Source of the DNA: Nostoc sp.
GTDB lineage: Bacteria > Cyanobacteriota > Cyanobacteriia > Cyanobacteriales > Nostocaceae
DNA: 64,000 bases
Reading direction: 5' to 3'
Assembly (NCBI GenBank): GCA_036918135.1
Contig: JBALDB010000032.1
Span: forward strand, 105,546-169,545
The position numbers and the translations under genes were made by a program. Positions 51,586 to 59,869 of this stretch are shown piece by piece. Each line of letters opens with the position of its first letter. Position 1 is the first letter of the stretch. Below the pieces are notes generated by a model that saw nothing but the letters and a program-made list of their open reading frames with translations, searched no databases and was not told the origin of the DNA.

Positions 51586-51780
51586 ATACTTTTAATATTA
51601 ATCTGGACTTTTTACTGTAACTATCAGTTTGGAAGAGTAAGAAGATGGGGAATGTGGAGCAGAAAAGCAGAGGGGCAAATAACAAATGAACGATACTTCT
51701 CTACGAGAGGCTGCGCCATCGGCTTCTCTACCAGACGCACTTGCGTTCGCTCAGTACAAGTGACAAATGACTAATAACTA

Positions 51781-52665
51781 ATGACTAAGAGTAAATCAAT
51801 TCTACTGATTGGTAGCAATGGGCAACTAGGTCAAGAATTGGAACAAATTCTTCCATCCTACGGCAATACTATCTCAGTTGCACGCCCAATAGTAGACCTT
51901 ACTGAGCCTGATACTCTTTGCAGCATTATCAAATCAAAGCAACCGCAAATCATTATTAACGCTGCTGCTTATACTGCCGTAGATAAAGCCGAAAGCGAAC
52001 CCGAACTTGCCACTGCTATTAATGCTACTGCACCTTTAATTCTCGCCGAAGAAAGTCAAAAGTTAGGAGCCTTTCTAATTCATATTTCCACTGATTACGT
52101 TTTTGATGGCAATAGGTGTCGCCCATATCAGGAAACCGATGCGACTAACCCTTTGAGTGTCTACGGAAAAACTAAGCTTGCAGGAGAACAAGCAATTCGA
52201 GACAATTGCACTCATCATCTCATCCTCCGTACAGCTTGGGTTTATGGAAACTATGGCAAAAGTAACTTTGTCAAAACCATGTTGCGACTGGGTGCAGAAC
52301 GTCCAGAACTGCGTATCGTCGCCGATCAAATTGGTAGCCCAACTTGGGCAAAAGATATAGCCGCAGTCATCGCCGAGATGATTCCCCAGTTAAAGACAGA
52401 TATTGCAGCCACATACCACTACACTAATAGCGGCGTTGCTAGTTGGTATGACTTTGCCGTTGCCATTTTTGAAGAAGCGCAACAGCTAGGATTTCCTTTG
52501 AAAGTTAAAAATATTGTCCCCATTACAACCGCCGAATATCCTACACCCGCCCATCGCCCTGGTTATTCTGTACTTGCTTGTGGCAAAATTTCGGCACTTC
52601 TAGGAACGTATCCGCCTCATTGGCGACAAAGACTCCGCCAAATGCTCTTGGAGATTAAGAGATAA
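51781..52665 (+). CDS. rfbD: dTDP-4-dehydrorhamnose reductase
   Basis: GSNGQLG, NAAAYTAVDKAE, ISTDYVFDG, YGKTK, DQIGSPT. Confidence 0.96.
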   Translation: MTKSKSILLIGSNGQLGQELEQILPSYGNTISVARPIVDLTEPDTLCSIIKSKQPQIIINAAAYTAVDKAESEPELATAINATAPLILAEESQKLGAFLIHISTDYVFDGNRCRPYQETDATNPLSVYGKTKLAGEQAIRDNCTHHLILRTAWVYGNYGKSNFVKTMLRLGAERPELRIVADQIGSPTWAKDIAAVIAEMIPQLKTDIAATYHYTNSGVASWYDFAVAIFEEAQQLGFPLKVKNIVPITTAEYPTPAHRPGYSVLACGKISALLGTYPPHWRQRLRQMLLEIKR

Positions 52666-52669
52666 GGGG

Positions 52670-52789
52670 GATGTGGTTCTACTCCCTTCCCTTACGGGAC
52701 GCTCTTGCTAGCTTGCTTAAGAGCAGGGGTACGACTACGCTACCTCGGCTTTGCTCGGCACAAGTCAGGGCAAGTCGCTCACTAACCGG
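52670..52789 (+). repeat. Composite (nested) short dispersed repeat
   Basis: Frame gatgtggttc...cgctcac(t/c)aaccgg is shared with 30513-30554 and 54042-54113 (minus); 22 nt (52712-52733) are identical to the reverse complement of 54054-54075. Confidence 0.75.
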
Positions 52790-52873
52790 GGGATGAGAGA
52801 GTGTGGAGAGATGATAAAAACCTTCTTACCTTTTCCACCCCTTTGACAATCCCAATGCCCCAGTCCCCAGTCC

Positions 52874-53608
52874 TTATCCCCTTTTTAAAACTCCTATCTC
52901 TGTTTGTTTTGGCAAGACATCTAAAATATCAGTTTGGGAACAATATTTTAAATCTTCTTGACATTGAAGACGTAATAGGCGTTTGCCGTGACTAGCTTGG
53001 TGGAATAATTCCAATAAGCTATCTTGCCACTGAGAATAAAGAGCGATCGCACTAATTACTTCATCATTACCAGCAACTTCCTCTAGTGACAACTCAGTTT
53101 GCTGTAAAAGACTATGGGCGATCGCACCCGCACAAACTGTATCCTCTAAAGAAAAACTGCCTTCCCACCCCGAACCGACAATCCATATTGTCTCTGGTTG
53201 CTTTCTCTTAATAAATTCCACTACTGTTGCTCGATTAATTAAGGCTGCTGCAATTACATTTGGGGAGTCTTGCACCCGTTGTAATGCACGAGTACCATTT
53301 GTAGTACTGATAAATAATCGACGCCCCTGCACCAATTCTGATGTGCAATCGAGGGGGGAGTTACCTAACTCAAAGCCCTCTACTTTAGCGCCGCCGCGTT
53401 CTCCAGCCCGCAGACGTTTTTCAGGAGGCCATTTTTCACTAACAGCGATTAGTTCATCTAAATCGCTGAATACTTGTACAGCTTCGCCTCCAGCTGCCAA
53501 AACAGTCGCTATTGTGCTAGTGGCTCGCAAGACATCAACTGCGATCGCACATTCTGGCGCTTTATCCGTTGGAGTCAATTCCGGAGTGTGGTATACAAAT
53601 AGCTTCAC
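52874..53608 (-). CDS. comB: 2-phosphosulfolactate phosphatase family protein
   Basis: [33 protein letters not shown]. Confidence 0.9.
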   Translation of the reverse strand: MKLFVYHTPELTPTDKAPECAIAVDVLRATSTIATVLAAGGEAVQVFSDLDELIAVSEKWPPEKRLRAGERGGAKVEGFELGNSPLDCTSELVQGRRLFISTTNGTRALQRVQDSPNVIAAALINRATVVEFIKRKQPETIWIVGSGWEGSFSLEDTVCAGAIAHSLLQQTELSLEEVAGNDEVISAIALYSQWQDSLLELFHQASHGKRLLRLQCQEDLKYCSQTDILDVLPKQTEIGVLKRG

Positions 53609-54156
53609 GCGCTGGATACACCTGTTTTTATACTACTGCGGCAAACAAATAATATTCTACCTAGTTAGTGTCAATAACTATAGTCATAATTAGTCTTACA
53701 AAATTTTTTCGCATCAAAATACACAATGTATCTCATTAAATACATAAATAGCAGATTAGAGGGATGATGGAAATAAGAGGGATGAGGGGGAAATGAGGAG
53801 TGGATTTTAACCAAATATTAACAGTCCTTAATCTTTAAATAAATGCTCAAAAAGCTCAATTTTCTATTTTTGAGACTTTCAGATTTGCTCCCCAATCTTG
53901 TAATCTAAAACAATAAGATTAATAGTAAGGTTAACAGTTATTGGGCATTGGGAGTGCTGTTAGGTTTCTTCTCTACGAGAAGTTACGCCAACGGGGCGTT
54001 GAGCCAGTGCCAAGTTAGGAGTTATTATTCTCCCTCATCTCCCGGTTGGTGAGCGTACCCCTGCTCTTAAGCAAGGTTGGGCGTAGCGTCTCGTAGAGAA
54101 GTCGAACCACATCTCCTTCATCCCGCTAATCTCCCGACTCCCATTCAAAAATCACT

Positions 54157-54576
54157 ATGGCACCTTTACCCGACTACCGTCCTAAACAACTGTCTGTAGG
54201 CCCTTTGGAAGCGGAAATACTAAATATCATCTGGGAACTTGGTTCAGTTACAGTCAAAGATGTCCACGATCGCATTCTCTCAGATCCCAACCGCGAATTA
54301 GCTTATACTTCTGTAACCACTGTCCTGCGACGCCTCACAGATAAAGGTTGGCTAGCCTGTGATAAAAAAGGACGGGCATTTTATTGGCGACCGTTGCTGA
54401 GTAAGCAACAGTCAGAGGTAATCAAAGCCCACGAGCAGTTACAGCGATTTTTGGCGGTGGGTAACCCTGATGTAGTTGCTGCCTTCGCCGATAGTCTTGA
54501 TGAAGCAGCCAGCGAGCAAATCGCAGCCATCGCCAAACGCATACAATCTGCACGCCAAGCCAGGGAGGAAAAATGA
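54157..54576 (+). CDS. petR: BlaI/MecI/CopY-family transcriptional regulator (probable ortholog of the cyanobacterial copper-switch regulator PetR)
   Basis: LEAEILNIIW, LAYTSVTTVLRRL..KG; ATGA overlap with the downstream M56 peptidase. The ortholog assignment is from recall. Confidence 0.75.
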   Translation: MAPLPDYRPKQLSVGPLEAEILNIIWELGSVTVKDVHDRILSDPNRELAYTSVTTVLRRLTDKGWLACDKKGRAFYWRPLLSKQQSEVIKAHEQLQRFLAVGNPDVVAAFADSLDEAASEQIAAIAKRIQSARQAREEK

Positions 54577-55418
54577 TGCATCTAATGATGATTTTGATTG
54601 CTTTGGGAGTTGCCTGGTGGTTAAGATCCTCTTGGAAAGAACCCCAAGGCAGTTGGAGTTTACGGTGGCGGCGGTCGCTATTTTTGTTTCTCTTCCCTCC
54701 CTTGTTAATTTTCATGACAGCGATCGCTGTACTGTTCATGGGGGCCCAAGGAAAAATGGGCGGAATGTACACAGGTTCAATCAGTTATCTGCTGGCATTA
54801 ATTTATTTAGCAATTTTTGCCATTTTATGCATTAAACTTGCTTTTCAAGGTTGGCAGTCTGTGGAATCTGCCCGTAACTGTCCTTTAGTGAATTTGGGCG
54901 ACAGACGAGCCAGACTACTGCAAACAGAAGCAATGTTTGCCGGTCAAATTGGTTTTTGGCAACCTGAATTAGTGGTTAGCAAAGGATTACTGCAAACTCT
55001 CTCACCAAATCATTTAAAAAGCGTCTTAGCACACGAACAAGGGCATTTTCAATATAAGGATACATTCTGGTTTTTCTGGTTGGGTTGGGTGCGTTCCTGC
55101 ACTGCATGGTTACCAAATACAGAACCTTTGTGGCAAGAACTGTTAGTTTTGCGCGAACTCCGCGCCGACAGTTATGCAGCATTGCAGGTAGACCCTTTGG
55201 TGCTAGCGGAATCACTGCTGTTGGTGGTTAGTAACAGCCCTGTATCATCAGAAATTTGCTGTGCTGCATTGGGTTCTCCTAATGCAGGCGATAGATTAGA
55301 ACAAAGAGTAGAAGCTTTATTAGCACCACCAGAACCAACCCCAGAAGTTCAATTGCATTCTTGGCATCAATTTATGTTAGCTTTCCTACCTTTAGTAACT
55401 GTAATATTTCATAGTTAA
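54573..55418 (+). CDS. M56/BlaR1-family membrane zinc metallopeptidase without a penicillin-sensor domain
   Basis: HEQGH zinc motif, RELRAD, TM helices with Met/His clusters (MMHLMM, MGAQGKMGGM), ICCAA. Confidence 0.85.
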   Translation: MMHLMMILIALGVAWWLRSSWKEPQGSWSLRWRRSLFLFLFPPLLIFMTAIAVLFMGAQGKMGGMYTGSISYLLALIYLAIFAILCIKLAFQGWQSVESARNCPLVNLGDRRARLLQTEAMFAGQIGFWQPELVVSKGLLQTLSPNHLKSVLAHEQGHFQYKDTFWFFWLGWVRSCTAWLPNTEPLWQELLVLRELRADSYAALQVDPLVLAESLLLVVSNSPVSSEICCAALGSPNAGDRLEQRVEALLAPPEPTPEVQLHSWHQFMLAFLPLVTVIFHS

Positions 55419-56006
55419 GTTGAATTTTTGCCAAAGTACCATTCAAAACTTAGACTTTCGCGTAGCGTCTGGTATTTTCAGTAGTCTAGAATTATCGCAA
55501 AGGTATAAATTTAATTGCATATTATTTAATACTGTAAAATATTTATGTGTTAAGCTACTCAGGGTCAATAGGAAGGCAAAAGTAGAGTCTGTAAAATATT
55601 TACGACTTTATCAGCCGCCATCGTCATTAGGCGATGCTTTTGATTGAGGCATCGAACTAGGTACATTTGTCATGGCTTTCTACTTTTACCAAGCGTTATT
55701 ATTTAATTAATGAAGGTAATTGCTGCATTTAATTTTATTGCAATAATCACTGGATTATTCTCGATTTGGATAAGTTATGTTAGTTGTGTTTTTTTGTAAC
55801 AATGATTCTGGGAATCAGCGCAGTTTACTACAAAAAATCTGTGGTTATGGTTGGTACGAAAATTTATTTTTCTGCCAGTGTGCTAAAGGTTAAAATAATG
55901 CGTTTATTGGCAAAAAGTACTTGTAAAAGTTATTTATAAAATTTGATTTTCTCTAATTTTAAAAGTTTTGAACTAGTGTAAAAACAAGTAAGTTGAGGAT
56001 GCAATC

Positions 56007-56948
56007 ATGAAATTTGGAATTGATAGCGGACACAATTGTCCACCAGACACGGGAGCTAGAGGAATCAAAGTTGAGGATAATTTAACTTTAGATGTCGGTA
56101 ATAGAGTAATACCGAAGTTAAGAGCTTTAGGGCATGAAGTCGTAGTATGTAAACCAAATAGTGCTAGTACAGTACGTGAATCACTTTCAAAAAGATGTGC
56201 TACCGCTAATAACAGTAACGTAGATGTTTATGTCTCGATTCATTTTAATTCTTTTAATGGGCAAGCTAATGGTACAGAAGTATTTGCAACTAGCGATACA
56301 GGGAGAAAAATTGCTAAACCTGTATTAGATGAAATCGTCAAGTTGGGATTTTTTAATCGCGGTGTTAAGAGTGGTTCGCACTTGTTTGTCCTGAAGAATA
56401 CAGATATGCCAGCGATTCTTGTAGAATGTTGCTTTGTCGATTCGGCAAAAGATATGAATCTTTTTAATGCCGAAGCAATGGCAAATGCGATCGTCAAAGG
56501 CTTAATAGGTAAAGTGCCAAGCGGCCCAGTTAACCCGGTACCAGACGAAGAGGAGAATGTAGATACCACTATTAAGAGACTGCAACAAACCTTAAATCGA
56601 CTTAAAATAACTGATAAAGATGGTAAGACGTTAGTGGAAGATGGTATAAACGGGTCTAACACCAAATCTGCCATAGAAAAATTTCAGACTATTGTCGGGG
56701 TGCAGGCGACTGGAATTGCCGGCCCAACTACATGGAATGCCATAAATGTAATTTTGGCAAAACGAATTATCCGACTAAACCATGCTGGAGGTGAAGTTAT
56801 TAGATACTTGCAATACCGTCTGGGTGTGGAAGTTGATGGTGTTTATGGCCCACAAAGCGAGGCTGCAATGAAAAACTTTCAAAAGCAAAATGGTTTGCAA
56901 GCCGATGGGATTGTCGGGCCTGCTACCTGGCAGAAGTTAATTGGTTAG
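56007..56948 (+). CDS. N-acetylmuramoyl-L-alanine amidase (Amidase_3) with two C-terminal peptidoglycan-binding domains
   Basis: IDSGH, E, SIHFN, AILVECCFVD; PG-binding motifs DGINGSNT..AI..FQ and DGIVGPATW. No signal peptide. Confidence 0.9.
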   Translation: MKFGIDSGHNCPPDTGARGIKVEDNLTLDVGNRVIPKLRALGHEVVVCKPNSASTVRESLSKRCATANNSNVDVYVSIHFNSFNGQANGTEVFATSDTGRKIAKPVLDEIVKLGFFNRGVKSGSHLFVLKNTDMPAILVECCFVDSAKDMNLFNAEAMANAIVKGLIGKVPSGPVNPVPDEEENVDTTIKRLQQTLNRLKITDKDGKTLVEDGINGSNTKSAIEKFQTIVGVQATGIAGPTTWNAINVILAKRIIRLNHAGGEVIRYLQYRLGVEVDGVYGPQSEAAMKNFQKQNGLQADGIVGPATWQKLIG

Positions 56949-57076
56949 ACTAAAGCTGTTAGAAGTGTAAAGCATGAAGGATGAAGACAGCAGACACAAG
57001 GCTATCAATAGAAATAAAAAACAAATAAGATTTGATATTTTGTAGTTTATACTTCATACTTCAGCTTTTAGTGGGA

Positions 57077-57661
57077 TTAGCCACGGTTTCGTTCTAGCAG
57101 TAACATCATCATCAAACTTAACAAAATTTGCTGCTCTTGGCGATCGCCGAGTCGATCCACAGTTTTGATGATAAATTTTCTGGAGAGGAAAGTAGGGATT
57201 TTCTCCAAACGCATCACAATCGTGCCATCAGCTCGGCTGACCAAGTAGACAGGATTAAAAACATAACCAGTGAACATACCCACAACTGGGATTTCTGCGA
57301 ACAGAGCATCAGCAATTTTTACCCACGGATTTTTCTCGTGGATGTTCAAAGTAGTCGTGTCGCCATCAAAGATGTCATAACGCGCACGCCAAAGAGATTT
57401 TAATCCGCGTCGTTTTACTGAACCAATGTAAGTACCGTTGCTATCGGTAAAGTCATAGCGTGCCGAGAAGTCAATAATGCGATCTGCTTTGATGTAGTAT
57501 ATGGGACGAGTTTGCTCAGCATCAGCAAAGATTGTAATTGCTTCCTTGAGCTTGAAGAGTTTCTGTTTGACATAAAAAGCCAAATTCCCTTGAGCATCAA
57601 CAATAGACATTTGTGGTGCTAATGCCCAGAATTTAAAGGTGAGTTCCAGAGGATACTGCAT
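57077..57661 (-). CDS. LURP-one/scramblase (tubby C-like) family protein
   Basis: YVKQKLFKLKE, IKADRIIDF, RRGLKSLW; C-terminal hydrophobic helix ILLSLMMMLLLE. Confidence 0.7.
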   Translation of the reverse strand: MQYPLELTFKFWALAPQMSIVDAQGNLAFYVKQKLFKLKEAITIFADAEQTRPIYYIKADRIIDFSARYDFTDSNGTYIGSVKRRGLKSLWRARYDIFDGDTTTLNIHEKNPWVKIADALFAEIPVVGMFTGYVFNPVYLVSRADGTIVMRLEKIPTFLSRKFIIKTVDRLGDRQEQQILLSLMMMLLLERNRG

Positions 57662-57857
57662 CGTTTTGGGGAAAATCAGAAAATTATCACCCTATTAATC
57701 CCAATTCTAGGAGAAAAGTAACATTAATCCTGGTGACTGCTACCAGCAGTTAAAAAATTTAGTCCAAGGGTGCATAAACAAATAAAGGTCAACCTATTTG
57801 GTAAGTGAAGGGTTTGAAACCCAAGATACACGTCAACACACAAATAGGAGCATGACC

Positions 57858-58511
57858 ATGAAATTCCGCCACTTCACTAGTTCTTTGTTAACTGCTACCG
57901 CACTTCTAACCAGTACGCTACCAGCTTTTGCCGGCCCTTTTGATATCAGGCCTAGTACTATCTTCAAACCTGTTACTGTTACCCCCGGAGCCAGTGTAGG
58001 AAATGTAACTCCTAACACTCCTGCTCCTACACCCAACAATGCAGTTGGTAGTACTGAAATTCAAGGATTAGGCGACCATCAATCTTGGGTCGATCCGAGA
58101 ACTTTAGCGAAAGACCCCCGTGCTTTGTGCAGTGATGTTGGCTTAGGTAACAATACTCGCAGCAGTTCTAGCAAACTCGCCTTGGCAAACTCTACTAGCA
58201 CTCGTTCGAGTTCTTCTACTAGTCATAATGACGGCGGTGGTGGTGGTTTTAGCTTCTTAGGTATTGGTGTCAGCGGTAATGGTGCTAGCCAAGGTACGAA
58301 AAATAACAGCGATGCTGGCGATCGAAGCAGTAACCGTACAGAGGAAAATACCAGTAGTTCCTCAAGTGTTGTTCAAGGCAGGAATTGCGATGCTTTTGTT
58401 AACTCGGCCGCTGCTAGAGATATGAACTATGAAGATAACCTCACTCGGCGCTATGAAATCAAAACTGGTCGTCGGGGACAACAAGTCAATCAATTACTAG
58501 AAGATAAATAA
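57858..58511 (+). CDS. Secreted hypothetical protein with Ser/Thr/Gly-rich, Cys-bracketed hairpin
   Basis: AGGAG RBS 7 nt before ATG 57858; signal peptide MKFRH...PAFA; only two Cys. Confidence 0.75.
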   Translation: MKFRHFTSSLLTATALLTSTLPAFAGPFDIRPSTIFKPVTVTPGASVGNVTPNTPAPTPNNAVGSTEIQGLGDHQSWVDPRTLAKDPRALCSDVGLGNNTRSSSSKLALANSTSTRSSSSTSHNDGGGGGFSFLGIGVSGNGASQGTKNNSDAGDRSSNRTEENTSSSSSVVQGRNCDAFVNSAAARDMNYEDNLTRRYEIKTGRRGQQVNQLLEDK

Positions 58512-58742
58512 GCTGTTAGAGATTTACAGCAGAATTTAGAAATTTACAAGCAAAGCTAAAGACACTCCGCTAAGGCGTCAGAAGTAAAACAAGCTTTATA
58601 CCTAACTTGGAGAGTAATATCTACTTCACTAATTTGAAATCTGCTGTAAATTCTATATTTACTTATAAGGGTTATTCATCGTCCGTTGTCATTTGTAATA
58701 AAGAACAGCGGACAATTACTGAATTTAACCTGAGGAGAAACG

Positions 58743-59318
58743 ATGAAAAGCAGGCTAATAGGATTTTGGATTAGGGGTCGCAGCTTTGGTACGCTGACAG
58801 CGCAACTTAGATTTTGGATTGTGAAAGAGTTCGTAAATAAGCTTTTTGGTAATAAATCTGTTACCACTATTTATAAAATTGGTAGAACAAAGAGAATTAT
58901 TGCTCTAACTACAACTGTGTTTTTGTCCATACCATCTTTAGCAATTGCACAAACTATACCAGCCGCGAATCCTTCTCCCGCATTTGATAATTCTCAAATT
59001 ATTCCCTATCTCTTAGATAATCCTAATGAAAACTCTTTGGTAAAAGTGCGTTGTCTTTCCACCGATAGACACCAAGTAAATAGGAAGCGGCAGATGATTA
59101 GAGAGCGACTTCTGCAACCTACTGTTGGCGATCGCAATTACACTGTGACTATTGAAGTAGAAGGAAGTTGTCGCAATCTCAAGGTTCACGTTCAAAACGA
59201 CTCAGATTTTTCTGATGTCCCTGTTTATCATCCCTACTCGAACAATAATTCTACTGACTTTGATGACTCTTGGCTTCGTGAAGGTTCTGGATGGTATTGG
59301 TTACTACATCGCCGCTAA
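58743..59318 (+). CDS. Hypothetical protein, probably secreted (start uncertain)
   Basis: Signal-like segment KRIIALTTTVFLSIPSLAIA|Q, two Cys, Trp-rich C-terminus. Confidence 0.55.
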   Translation: MKSRLIGFWIRGRSFGTLTAQLRFWIVKEFVNKLFGNKSVTTIYKIGRTKRIIALTTTVFLSIPSLAIAQTIPAANPSPAFDNSQIIPYLLDNPNENSLVKVRCLSTDRHQVNRKRQMIRERLLQPTVGDRNYTVTIEVEGSCRNLKVHVQNDSDFSDVPVYHPYSNNNSTDFDDSWLREGSGWYWLLHRR

Positions 59319-59710
59319 CAGCTAATGCAAGTATGCAGTAGTGAACTGAGTGATGTCTGACGACAACCCGATGCAGCGTTTATGCACAATTGAGTTGACC
59401 GATAAAATCAATCAAAATAACTAAATAACCAGGGCGTAGGAAGCAACCTGTGTTGCTTACAGGAATTTGTTCAACTTGACAAGATTTGCGTTTGATAAGT
59501 TTCAATCGCACTTGATCGCAGGTAATTTCCTTCGCTCTGGTGCTTCTTTGGCGGTGAAGTTTCGCCAAAAGTATAAAAGTAAAGGGCTTTACAAGCCTAT
59601 AACACTTATTCTAAATTTATTGTATGATAGTACACATTTTTGCTATTTTCTAACAGTTTTGGACTATATCAAATTATGTCCGGTTGAATACTTTTGATAT
59701 CTGTGAGGGT

Positions 59711-59808
59711 TGGTAATGGGTAATGGGTAATAAGTAATAGGTAATGGGTGATGGGTGATGGGTTAACCTTCAATTCCCAATTAGCAATTACCTATTACCA
59801 ATTACCAA
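59711..59808. repeat. Heptamer STRR tract arranged as an inverted pair
   Basis: (GGTAATG)n followed by complementary (CAATTAC)n units. Confidence 0.8.
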
Positions 59809-59812
59809 ACAT

Positions 59813-59837
59813 AAAAAAACCCCCCGAATCGGGAGGC
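59813..59837 (-). terminator. Intrinsic terminator of the 59870-62965 gene
   Basis: Minus strand reads GCCTCCCG-ATT-CGGGGGGT followed by a T-run, about 30 nt after the stop. Confidence 0.75.
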
Positions 59838-59869
59838 TCAAAATTTAGCGGAGACAACTTGTAAACTTA

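Noticed and set aside
53719..53745. TACACAATGTA / TGTA-N10-TACA as a BlaI or NtcA box
   Set aside because: Spacing fits neither TACA-N2-TGTA nor GTA-N8-TAC, and AT-rich DNA gives such matches by chance.
56007..56948. Amidase without signal peptide as a prophage endolysin
   Set aside because: No holin, structural or integrase genes nearby; context is chromosomal.
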